Assembly: GCA_000388065.2 (NCBI GenBank)
Contig: KB932201.1
Length of the DNA: 64,000 nucleotides
From: Fonticula alba ATCC 38817
Taxonomy: Eukaryota > Protista > Nucleariida
Strand: one strand, 5' to 3'
Below, piece by piece: positions 12,556-24,020 of this stretch. The notes under the pieces are model-generated. The model was not told where the DNA came from, made no database searches, and saw only the letters and a program-made list of their open reading frames with translations. Position numbers and translations under genes: made by a program. Within the stretch, counting starts at the first letter, position 1. Each line of letters starts with the position of its first letter.

Positions 12556-13101
12556 TCAACGCTGCATCTTGCGCTTCTTGGCGGCACCACCGCCAGTCCC
12601 CCCGCGAGGACCGCCACGCTTCTTGCCACCGGTGGCCACAGGGGCGGCCGGCGCATCGTCATCCAGCAGGGCAGCATAGGAGTCGGCATCCGCGAAGACA
12701 TCGTCCGACTTCGGAGCCTTGCGCCTCTTCTTGCCGGCCGCCGGAGCCTCACGCTCCTCGGCCATGGCGGAGTCCTCATCGTCGCTGTCCTGGTTGAGCA
12801 GGCCCCCGAGATCGATGTCATCGTCGTCGTCGTCATCGTCATCGTCGTCATCGCTGCCGGATGCGAAGCCCGGGATGGCGGACGAATCGAAGCCATCCAT
12901 GCGGGCGATGGTGGCCGCGTCAAGCTCCTCAGCATCGGACGCGCCACTGCCATCATCCGAGCTGCCTTCGGCCATGTCGAAGTCGAGGCCCCGACTCTCA
13001 TAGTCTTCTTCGTCGTCCTCGTCATCATCGCCACCATCCATGGCGCCGTCATGATCATCATCATCATCATCGTCTTCGTCGTCCTCATGATCATCATCAT
13101 G

Positions 13102-13133
<32 letters not shown>

Positions 13134-16100
13134 CGAGCAGGCCGCTCTTGAGCATGTCCTCGAAGACCGAGTCGTCGACATCCTCGCCCATAAGGTCGCC
13201 ATCGTCATCGTCGTCATCGTCGTCGGCCGACGGCTTCTTGGGCTTCTTTGCGCCGAGCTTGGCATCCTGCTCGGCCTTCTTCTTGAAGAATTGGTAGAAG
13301 AACAGCTGTGGTTGGGACCGCATGCGGCGTAGGGGAGGGGGGGGGGGGGGGGCATATGTTAGCAGCGAGATCTTTCTGGCATGTGCCAGGCAGGTGTCCC
13401 CGGAGGACACCAGCTGGCGCCCACGGCAGGTGGGCCAAGGAGAAGCCAAGGGGCGGAGGGAAAGCCGAACGAACCTGGTCCTCTGGGATATCATCCTCGG
13501 CCAGACGGGCGAAGTCCTCAGGCAGCAGGTTCGACGTGTACAGCTGGCGGTTGGGCTGCATGATGGAGTCACTACCACGCAGACGCAGGCCATCCTCATC
13601 CTTGATGGCCTTCGGGTTCCGGTAAACAAAGCGATCGAGGAACCGAATGAGCGAATGCTCATGCACCGAATCACCCACTGACAGGGTCTGCACCACGGCA
13701 TCCGGGGCACTGGCATCGGCAGCCGCCGTGGGCATGGTCAGGGCCTGGCCACGGAGGAGCTGCGTCGCCAGCTTGGACACCGACGGATGGTAGTGATGCG
13801 ACAGGGGGACCAGATCATGCAGGCACGAGTGCTCGGCCCCAGCATAGGAGGGGTTGCGCTTGCGCGGATCATAGGCACCGGCATGGGTGCTCTCGGCGTC
13901 GGTGGCCTCGTCAGTGGTCTCGGCCTTGGCCTCGCCCTCAGCTGACTTGTTGTCAGCCTCGGCCTCAGTCTCGGTCATGGCCTGGGCGGTGTTATCGGCA
14001 TCGGCATCGGCGTCCTTCTTGGCCGCCGCCGCCGCCTCGGCCTTCTTGGCGGCCCTCTTGCTACCAGAGGCCTGGATACTCTGGAGCTGCTCCTGACGAT
14101 CGGCCGGCATGGCGGTGGCCAAGAGGTAGATTTGTGGCTTGCGCTTGATCAAGTCCGACACCAGGTACAGCACTGCACAGCAGAAGCCCGGAAGCCAGAA
14201 CTCCGACAGAGACACCTGCAACAGGCGCTTGATGAAGGCGGCCGTGCGATCGATCGACGCATCGGCCAGCAGAGACCGGTGGACCAGGTTCATCAGCATG
14301 GCCAGCTTGGAAGAGGTGGCCAGACGCGGATCCAGCAGAACCGCATACAGGGTGCGGTAGTAGCGGTCCAGCAGGTCCTTTGGATATGCACATGGGCATG
14401 TGTCGGAGGGGGGGTGGTGGTGGTGGTGGTGGTGGTGGTCATTGAAGGGGGGAGAATGCGTCAGTGCTTCATGAGGAGCCGGTCATGGCGCGAGCCCACA
14501 AAGTGGGGACAATATTTGGAGGCCGAGAGGGGAGCGTACGTTCTGGCGAGTGGAGGCCACCTGGAAGATGAGCACCAGAGACTGGACGGCCGTGTTGAAA
14601 TTGCCCTTGTGAACGATCAGGAACAGGGTGTTCATGTGGCCCTGGAAGCTGATAGCCGGCGAGAAAGAGGGCATCAACAGGGAGGGAGTTGTCAGTGTGA
14701 GGGGGGGGGGGGGGGGAGAGACGACCAATGGCAAAATGGCGGCTGCCTTGCAGCCGGCTGACGGTCACGCACACATCCTCATCCAGCTTGGAGAAGGGCA
14801 ACGCGCGGTTAATGCCCGACAGCAGGGCCGAGAGCATCTTGCTATCGAGCTCCTCATCCTCAGCCGACTCGGACAGCGACTGCGGGGCCTTGCGCTTGCG
14901 ACCGAAGTGCTTGGCACGACGGCGCTTGGAAAACTTCTCCCGCTCGGCCGTCGCATGGGCATCCATCATCTGCTTGAAGAGAGTGAAGTAGATGTTGATC
15001 AGGTGGTTGGCCAGATCGCTATCGCGAGCGGTCAAGATGGTCTGGTTCATGGTGATGATGCAGTAGTACCTACGGAGGGAGGTGGAGATGGGGAAGACAG
15101 CGAAGGGGGCAGATCGTCAGAAAATGGCCCAGGAGGGGAGCGGGAGGGGGGATAGGGCACGGGAGTGGTGCTGGCTTTGGTGGAGGAGAGGACAAGGAAA
15201 TCAAAGGGCGGCGAAGGGGGACAGGAGGTACGTACTGGGCACGATCGCCGACATTCGGCCGGAAGAGGACCTCCTCAATGTGGCGATTGACGATGGTCTT
15301 CATGTTGGGGTGGTTGTTGAGCAGAAGATTCAACTGGCGCGAGGCCTTGGAGGCAATCTTGTTGTCGGAGTCACCCTGACGGGGAGGGAAGGGGGGCAGG
15401 GGGGAGGGGAGCATACGTTAGGTCCGGACCCCGGGCCGTGGGATTTGGGCCCACCAATGACCAGACCGTGGCGTACCAGCTTGTTGGCGAGGAGCTTCAG
15501 CAGCAGTTGCTCTTGCTCGGGCTTGAGATTGAGCAGCTCATAGTTGAAGGTGACCATGCGCGAGCGGGTGGTTGCCTGGTTGTGGTGCGACAGCTGCTCG
15601 ATGCCAGCCAGGAAGGAAAGGTACTCCTTCTTGAGCAGGTCCTCAAAGTGCCACAGCAGAACCACCAGGTCCGGGGTGGATTGGAAGATGCGACGCTGCT
15701 CGAAGAAGCTATTTTTTTGGCAAGAGGCAAGTTAGAGGAATAGGCCGATAGGGGGCAAAAGAAAAAACAAAGGAAAGCATAAGGCAACGCACACGAGCTT
15801 GCGCTCCGGCAGCAGGGTGTCAATGAAGAGTTCCTTCAGAGCGGCGCAGGCGGCCATGGCTGAGCAGGAGGAGGGGAGGAGAGACAGGGTCAGATAGGGG
15901 GCAACTCGAGTACATGTAGATGAGGGGGGAAAGAGGGAGGGAGGGAGGGAGGGAGGGAGAGAGAGAGAGAGCCAGACACCAGGTGGGCGACGTACCCTCG
16001 CGGGTGGTCATCTTTCGGGACATCGCCACCAGTTGGCGCAGGTAGCGCAGCTGCATGATCGGCGACTCCTGCACCAGGACAACCAGAGCCGAAATCTGCG

Positions 16101-16853
16101 GGATGAGGGCAAGCGGGCAGTTAGCTTGGGCAGCCAGGTGCGGATGTGTGGGCGCGCGAGCATTTGCGTACCTTATCGGCACTGGTACCAGACTGGAGAA
16201 CGGTGGAAATCCAGTTCTGATCCGAGACACCCAGGAGGCGGTCTGAGAGGTGACTGTTAGTGTGCAGTCGCGGCGCAAGGGCCCACCCATCGGGGATGAG
16301 TCACGGGGGGAGATCCATCACCGGGAGGAGGGGGGTGCATTTTGTCCGGGCGGCACGCACTGTCCTGGAAGGCGAGGGTCTGGTCATTGAGAAGCTTCTC
16401 CGCACGGGCCAGGGAGTGCTCGGGGCTCATGCATGCCGAGGAGACGGGGGCCTGGTAGTCGGCCTCCGCCTCGGCCAGGGCCATGTGCCAGGGGATGTCC
16501 ATTGGAACGAACTGGCCGATGTTTGGGAGGGCGTGCATACGTGTGAGTGTCCGTCGACCAAAGGGGTTGGACGGGAAGCAGAGAGGGGGACACAAAAAAG
16601 CCCCGCCCTGCATGTGCAAAGGTGGCCGAGGGGCAGCACGTACGAACTTGATCTTGCGCGAGGCGCGAGACTGGTTGTCGTCACCGAACGCCGACTGCTG
16701 GCGGTTGCCATGGCGGCCGCCCTTGCGGAAGGCCGGCTTGTCGTCGGACTTCTTGATGAGGGTGTGCTCCTTGCGGGGGGCCTTATGGCCGGGCTTCTTG
16801 TTGCCGAAGCCGCCGGCGACCGGGCGGCCGGTGCGCTGACCGGGGGGAGGCAT
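12556..16853 (-). CDS. CEBPZ: CCAAT/enhancer-binding protein zeta / Mak21 / Noc1 (CBF/Mak21 family, 60S biogenesis), multi-exon
   Basis: Spliced segments include SGTSADKISALVVLVQESPIM, LWHFEDLLKKEYLSFL, LKPEQEQLLLKLLANKL, AFIKRLLQVSL, YDPRKRNPSYAGAEHSCLHDLVPLSHHYHPSVSKLA, an acidic stretch and DVFADADSYAALL. The start ATG at 16853 is tentative. Confidence 0.95.
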
Positions 16854-17891
16854 GCCAGGCAATCAGGTTACTCTGGGATGAAGGGAGGAGGGGAAGAGAG
16901 AGGGAGCGAGAGAGGGTGAGGGGGAGGCTGACAGGGGGGGAGCGGGGCGTCTCTGGATTCTTCCCTGAGGGAGGCGACGAGCCAGCATGTGGCCTTTCAT
17001 AGATCTGGCCTGCCTGTATGTGTGTGTGTGTGTGTGTGTGGCAGGGCCAGGGGGGGGGNNNNNNNNNNNNNNNNNNNNNNNNNNNNNNNNNNNNNNNNNN
17101 NNNNNNNNNNNNNNNNNNNNNNNNNNNNNNNNNNNNNNNNNNNNNNNNNNNNNNNNNNNNNNNNNNNNNNNNNNNNNNNNNNNNNNNNNNNNNNNNNNNN
17201 NNNNNNNNNNNNNNNNNNNNNNNGGGGGGGGGGGGGAGAAGATCCGCGCACACACGCGCGCATCGCCCCCTTCCACAGCAGGCCAGCGTGGTCGGGAAAC
17301 AGGGCAAGAGGCTGGCGGGCGCTCCGCCTCGTGGAGCATTCGAATCACATGACGAGGTGCTCCAGCATCTGGACTATTGGCGCAGCGGGGCTGGTGGTAG
17401 CCGAGTCCAAGGAGCAGGTCCAGATCCTCAATCTAGATCTTTATCGTCTCTCCAGCACCAGGGCCCCGGGGTGGGCCTCCGGCGCCCCCTGGTCCGCCAC
17501 GCCATCCGGATCGGCATGCGCGCCCCGCATCTTGGGCGGGGCGGTGGGCATGTCGCCCCCCGGGTTTCGTCGCCCGGGTTTTCCAATGGTCCTCACTTTG
17601 GTCTCCCCCCGGGGTGGTGGTGGCGGCGGCGGTGGAGGGGAGTCGTTTCCTTTTCTGCGGCCCCTGTGTGACCCAGTCCCCGGGAGCGAGACACATTATC
17701 CCCCCCCCCCCCCCCCCCCCCCGGCCCCCTCCCCCCCCCGCGCCTCTCACCCCCCCTGTGCCATCTCATCCCCTGTGCTTCCCTTTGCCTCCCCCTTCAC
17801 CCTCCTCTCGCCTCTCCGTTGTCCTCCCTCTCTATCTTTCTCCCCCCCCCCTCTCTTTCTCTCTCTCTCCAGCCTCCCTCTGTGAAGAGTC

Positions 17892-20351
17892 ATGTCCAAG
17901 CCTCCGGCCCCGCCGCATGGGCACCATCCCGCCGGCCCGTACCCCACTCATGCTGGGGCATCTGCCCCAGGTAATTACTATGGTGGCTATGGCGCCGGAG
18001 CCGGCTACCCCAGCTATCCCTCTTATGGCCACCCGCCCGGGGCCTATCATCACTCTCCCCAGTACCCCTCCTACCCGCACCCATATTATGGCGGCTATTC
18101 CGCTCCGTCGTCAGCTTCCGGCGCCTGGCCCGCCTATCAGACGTGCGTCTTTGACCTGGATATCGTCCACCCCTCCTGATGCCCATCGGAGGCCTCGGCC
18201 CCCTCCCCCCCTCCCCCNNNNNNNNNNCCCCTCGCCCTTACTCATCAAACCTCTGCTTTCGAAACTGTCTGCCATGCAGGCCGTACTACGGTGTCCCCGG
18301 ACGCGGCATGGTCGATCCCAGCGCGTCTGCCGCGGCCGCGGCTGCCTACAACAGCCAAAGTGAGCGCCTTTACCAGCCTCCGCCGCCAGCGAGCCCGGCG
18401 TCATCTCGCGGTGCTCCGTCCTCTTCTGCCGCCTCTTCCTCTTCCTATTCCTCTGCCACTCCGGCCAGCTCCGGCGTCGCCCCTTATGTTCCCTTTTCCC
18501 CCTCCGCCCCGGTCACCACCACTTCATCGCATGGCACTGCCCAGGGGAAGGCCAAGAAGGCCGCCACCCCGGCCGCCGGCAAGGCTGCCACCAAGGCCAA
18601 GCGCCAGGCCCCCGGGGCCGGTTCATCGCCTCCCTCGGTGGCGGCGGTCGCCGCTACGGCCACCGTTCCTCGCACTGGCAGCACTCCGGCCTCCTCTTCG
18701 GCGGTCACATCGGTGAGCCTCTCCTCCGGCAGTGGCGGTGGTCCGACTCAGTCCCGCACATCCTCCTCCTCCTCCTCCTCCTCGCGGGGTAGTTCGCTCT
18801 TCAGCGGGCGCGCGGGGTACGCTGCGCCGAGTGCGGTTCGTGCGTCGGCCCACGACCCGTATGCCAACACGCGGAAGTCCAGCTCCACCGTGTATCCCTC
18901 GGTTCCTTCGTCGTCCCCGGCTGCCGGTGCCCGGGGTGGCACTTCCTCGCGGGGCAGCTCCTCGCGGGGCGGCTCCTCTCGAGGCCTTTCCCCTGACCCG
19001 CCGTCCCAGCCTGTCACGCTGCAGCCAGTTATCAAGGATATTTCCACCGTACGTGGGCTCGCGCCTGTTTCTGCGTCTTCCCCCCTTGCTCCCTGGCCGG
19101 CTGGCACTCATGCATGCATCCTTGTCAATCGCTGCTGCTGCTGCTGCTCCTTCAGAACGATTCATCTGCCCGCCAGGCGCGCGCGCGGCGCTTCGAGCGC
19201 CAGGACGATGGTCCACGCTCGTCCTCCTCGGCCTCAAGTGACCTGTTCACCTCCTCGGTGCCCCAAGTCCCGGTTGTTGGCACCTGCACCCAAATTGAAA
19301 AGAGCTTCTTCCGCCTGACCAGCGTGCGTATTCCCTCTGCCTTCTCTCCGCGCCCCCTCTTTACTACAAAGCCAGGCCGGTTTGTCCAATTGACCGACAT
19401 TTCCCCTCTCTCCTGCCCTTTTCTCTTGCCCATCTGCAGGCCCCCAATCCCAGCAATGTCCGCCCCCTGCACATCCTCCGAAAGACTTTCGATTTTCTGC
19501 GGCAACGCTGGCAGGAGAAGCCGGACTACGCGTACATTTGCGACCAGTTCCAGAGCATGCGCCAGGACTTGATTGTCCAGCGCATTCGCAACGAATTCAC
19601 GGTGGCCGTATACGAGGCTCATGCGCGCATTGCCCTGGAGTCCGAAGATTTGGAGGCCTTCAACCAATGTCAGACCCAGCTTCGAGACCTGTACCTGGAG
19701 GGGATCCCCGGTGCGCGGGAGGAGTTCCTCGCCTATCGGATTCTGTATTTTGTCTTCGCCAATGCCACTTTTGATCAGACCCTGCTGTTGGCAGCTGGGG
19801 CCAGTGGCATTCTCGGTGACGGGGATATCGGGCCCGCAGATGCCGGCGCCGGTGATGCCAGCCCGTCGGCCGATGCCCCGCTCGGTCTGAGCCTGGCATT
19901 GCGCGAGACGTCGCTGCCCATCACTCACGCGCTGGCCGTGCAGAAGGCCGTCCTGTCGCATGACCATGCCGGCCTGTTCCGGCTGTACCAGCGCGTCCCG
20001 AATAAGGGGCGCTTTTTGATGGACAGCTTTGTCCGACGCCAGCGTCTGGTGGCCCTTCGTGCACTTTGCCGTTCGCATCGGCCCAACCTCGCGCTGGGTC
20101 TGGTGTCCACGGTCCTCGGCTTCGAAGGGCCGGCCGAGTGTGTGGCCTTCCTGACGCGTGACCTGCGCCTGGATGTCTTCCGGACCGGGACCGCTGCAGC
20201 CCTGTCGGAAGCCGACCTGGCTGGCCTTGACACATCCTCATCCCTGGAGGGGTTGCATCTTAACCCGCGGGAGGCCCTGCAGCCGGTGGCTACTGCGGTG
20301 GCCGGTGCCTTTGCCCGGGTGTCAGTCAACAAGCAACTCGCGTCCTCTTGA
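17892..20351 (+). CDS. LENG8: LENG8/THP3 (SAC3/GANP-PCI domain protein), multi-exon
   Basis: EKSFFRLTS-APNPSNVRPLHILRK...YAYICDQFQSMRQDLIVQRIRNEFTVAVYEAHARIALESEDLEAFNQCQTQLRDLY...EEFLAYRILY matches the LENG8 core. The N-terminus is Pro/Tyr/Ser-rich. Confidence 0.95.
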
Positions 20352-21750
20352 GGCCGCGATGCGCTTTCCCCGATGGGGGGGGGGGGAGACCTTTCGGGGA
20401 AGATCCTTCTGTCCGATTTCTCCCCCCCCCCCCCCCGTCCTCTTCCTCCCCATCTCCCTTTCCTGTCCTTGTGTTGATCTCCCCCCTCCCCTCTCCCCCC
20501 TCCTTCTCTTCGCCCGCCCCTCCGCTTCTTGTCACCCCTCGCCTCTCTCATTTTATCCCTCTCTCCCTCCTTCCCTCTCCCTTTCCCCCGCTCTGGTCGT
20601 GGTTTCTTTTGCTCCTCCTCCTCCTCCTCCTCCTCCTCCTCCTCCTCCAGCTTCACCAACTCCAATTCGACATCTCCGCACCCAGGTGCCCCTTCTTCCT
20701 CGTGGAATCGGGCGATCCTTCCCCCTTCGACTGTTGCGATGTCTGGCTTTCCGCTCGACTCAGTGACGTTTACTCACGCAGGAGTGTTTCACATTGAGAG
20801 TGTCATTTCGTCCGGACATAATATCGTCTCATCCTCCCTCATTCCCCCCACTCTCCCGCTCCCGCCTCCAGCAACCAGCCGAAGTACTTCCTCCCCTCTT
20901 CCCCTCCCTCTGCCCTTGATTCGTCTGAGCCCGGTCCATTCTTCCCCAGGGCGCATGCCGGGAGGAGGGAATAAGGGGGGGAGGGGGGCTGCTGCCCTTT
21001 CAGCTGCCAGTGTTTGTAGAGTTGCTCACGATTGTGCAAAGCACAGGGAGCTTCGTCTCCCCGACAAGATCGCTCGCACTCCCCCCCCCTCTCTCTTTCT
21101 CTCTCTCTCCTCTCTCCCCCATCCCCCCTTCCCTCCCGAAACGTCCTCTTCCGATTCTTTCCATCCCTCCTGGATATCCTGCCCGCTTGCACTGTCGGTC
21201 CCTCTCCTGGTGCACACGTTGGCGGTGTACATATGGGCGGTGTTCAACGCATGGGCACGCACACATGGGCACGCACACGCACGCATACATATGCATGCGA
21301 CACGGGCTCATGGGTCACTCCCCGAAAGGGTGGTCCTGGAAGGGGAGAAACACGCATTCGAACTTGGGAGGGGAAGCACAATGTCCGGAAGTCCGCCGCG
21401 AAGATGAGCAGAACTGAATGTTCATCCCTCTCCGTCTCGTCCTATCCCTCGCGGTTTTTCATGTCATCTGTAAATATGGCATGCTGCGTGCCTGCCTCTC
21501 ACTCGGGGCCATTGCTGGGACTGCCGTTCTGTTGTATTTCATTACCCCCATGATCTGTGGTGCATAGGGCCGCCCTATGCCGGTCTACATACGTCGGAAG
21601 GCTTGCGCACCCTGGTGCATGTGGGCCAGGGGCGCGGGGGGACCATGCCTCGCCTCTCTGAAGCGGCCAATCTCTCCCCGATGTGTGCTGGGAACCCGCC
21701 CCGTGTACATTCCACCTACAATAGAGCCTTTTACCTAATTCGTGTGTCGC

Positions 21751-21761
21751 ATTTAAAAAGG
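21751..21761 (+). promoter_or_regulatory. AT-rich TATA-like element ATTTAAAAAGG (candidate)
   Basis: Intergenic, 700 nt upstream of the LRMDA-like ATG; an identical 11-mer lies at 31920-31930. Confidence 0.25.
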
Positions 21762-22450
21762 CGCCTTGAATGTGGTCTCCCGGGAAGTGGGGCCCGGGCG
21801 CAACAGGGCACGCTCATGCTGCCGAGGATCCGCCAGGGTGTGTCGTCCGGGGGCGCGTAGGTGTGCTGGGGGGTGGGTGGCGGGGGGCGACCCCACACCA
21901 TCGCCTGGGTTTTGCCGCACGTCTGAGGCGCATCTCCGGTGGTCTGTTGTTGGACGGGCGCCCGGAAAAGTAAACAATGGGGCCCCAGTTGTAGGAGCGG
22001 TCACCAGGGCACCCCACGGCTGGGGCCGCCCCGCTGCGTGGGCAACTCACCGGCCGGGGGGGGGGGGGGGGGGGAGGCATGGGCCCATGCCGCTGTTCCT
22101 CCGCCCGCCCCTCTGCCCCGAGCGAAATCCTCTCAACGCGTCATGCCATTCTGGCGACAACCGCCACCGCAGTTTCGTTGCCCTCCCCGCTTCGGGCCTA
22201 TCGCCAAGAGGAGGATCCCTGCCTTCGGCCCGCCCTAGCCCCGGGGCTATCGCTCCCTCCCCCCCTCGCTCGCTCGCTCGCTCGCTCGCTCCCGCTCCCT
22301 CATCCGGCCCGGCACTGCCGGATCCCCGCCCCCTCTCCTTTCGCTCTCCACTTCGCCCTGAGGCCGGCACTGGCGTGCGATCGCCCCTCCCCTCCTCCTT
22401 CCCTCCCTCGTGCCTGCCCGTCTGTCCCGCTTTGCGCCGCTCTCGCTGCC

Positions 22451-23755
22451 ATGTTTTCTTCGTGGTTCTCGACGCCGAAGTTCGCCCATTCCATGGTCGA
22501 TGTGACCCTCGCCTACCGAGATCTCACCATCATCGATCCGCTGGAGTTCGCCGAGGTTTGCGGGGCGGTGGTTCCCTCGTCGGTCAACTGGTTGGATCTT
22601 TCGCACAACAAGCTCGAGGTAGGGGCCCACGCATGTGCTGCTCTCCTGCTTCCGCCCTCCACTGCCGATCCCCTCCTCCCATAGCCTCTCACCGTCGCTC
22701 CCTGTCTTGTCCACCAAACGCCCACATAGGATCTCTCTTCCATCAGTCAGCTGGATTGCGCGCTCAAGGTGCTGGTGGTCGATCATAACCAGTTGACCGG
22801 GCACATTGGCCTGTCGCCGGACAGCCCCGTGACTCAGTCCTTGCGAGTGCTCTGGCTGAATCACAATCAGTTCACCAACCTGGCATCCCTGGTGCAGTCT
22901 TTGCTGCTGGCCTGCCCGGAGCTGACCGAGCTCAGTCTCCTCGGCAATCCCGCCTGCCCAAACTGGATCAATGGTGGCTCGGTGGTCGAGTACACACACT
23001 ACCGGTGCGCACTTGGTCTGCTTGGCCTGTCAACTTGTCCGCCCCCCCCGAGCCCCCCCCCCCCCCCCCCCCTCCCATTGGGGATGTCACTCACGCGATT
23101 GGTTCGGCTCCCTTGCCTGCTCGCGCCTCCGTCTGTCCTCCCCCTCTCCCGGTTTCTGGCCGGCCGCATATCCGAAGGAACTTCATTGTGGTCAACATGC
23201 CAGGGCTGCAGGTTCTGGACGGCGACCCCATCACTCCAGCTGAGCGCGACCGGGCAAGCGCCTCGGTGACGCCAACGCTCTCCTCCAGGCAGGTCCCCTC
23301 CTTCATCACCAAGTCCTGTGTCGTTGGGTCCGGGCCAGCCCCGGGACCGGCGCCAACAACGGTCGACCCGATGCTCGAGTCGGACTCGACGGCTTCCGCG
23401 TGTGAAGAAGCCACCTCGACTTCCGCCAAGGAGGCCCTTTCAGATGATGACATTCCCTCCACGCCAAGTGAGGAAATGTGCCCCTTGTGCGGCAATCGGC
23501 TGGCCAAGGTGCGCCTCCCTCCCTCTTGGGCCCTGCTTTTCGCTCTCATTTTCTGGCTCCTCCCTGCGCCGACCCAGCTGACACCCGATATCCCCCTCGT
23601 TGCTCGAACAGTCGCCAGTTGTTGGCTGCGCGAATGGCTGCAACCAAAACGATGGAGAAAGCATCATGATGCAGCCTTTCGAGGCGTCGATCGTTCTGCC
23701 GGCAGAGGAGCCCGCCGGGGATGAGAGTAGTGACTGGACTGACGATGAGGCGTAG
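22451..23755 (+). CDS. LRMDA: Leucine-rich repeat protein, LRMDA/C10orf11-like, with extended C-terminus
   Basis: Spliced sequence WLDLSHNKLE-DLSSISQL..LKVLVVDHNQL...LRVLWLNHNQFTNL..LV..L...CPELTELSLLGNPACPN...EYTHYRNFIVVNMPGLQVLDGDPITPAERDRA matches LRMDA (LEYLSLLGNVACPNEL...[23 protein letters not shown]..ERE.A). The last exon is 23612-23755. Confidence 0.82.
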
Positions 23756-23808
23756 CATGGGTGTCTCTTCGATGAGCGACCTTTCCTTTTGCCTCCTGCC
23801 TTCTCTCC

Positions 23809-23843
<35 letters not shown>

Positions 23844-24020
23844 TTCGCACACGCCCACGCTTCAGCCCCGCCCCTGCCTTGTCCTCCTCCTCCTCCTCTT
23901 GTCCATGTTGCCTGGCCCTGTGCCTGTGCGCAGAGAGCAGGATAGAAAAAGAAAAATATATTCACAAAAGAAAGCCATTATGCGTGCAAAGGCTGCCGGG
24001 TGTTTGCGATCGGCGTGATT

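Noticed and set aside
12508-13332. Plus-strand ORF with poly-Ile/Val (apparent membrane protein)
   Set aside because: Antisense of the GAT/GAC acidic tract of CEBPZ.
20739-20819. Imperfect long hairpin downstream of the LENG8 TGA stop, considered as a SECIS element
   Set aside because: No apical AA, the GTGA pairs Watson-Crick rather than forming the non-canonical quartet, and there is no sign of a recoded TGA.
21726-21734. GCCTTTTAC, identical to the U5 snRNA loop I core
   Set aside because: The flanking stem is weak and no Sm site (AATTTTTG-like) lies downstream, so it is probably chance.
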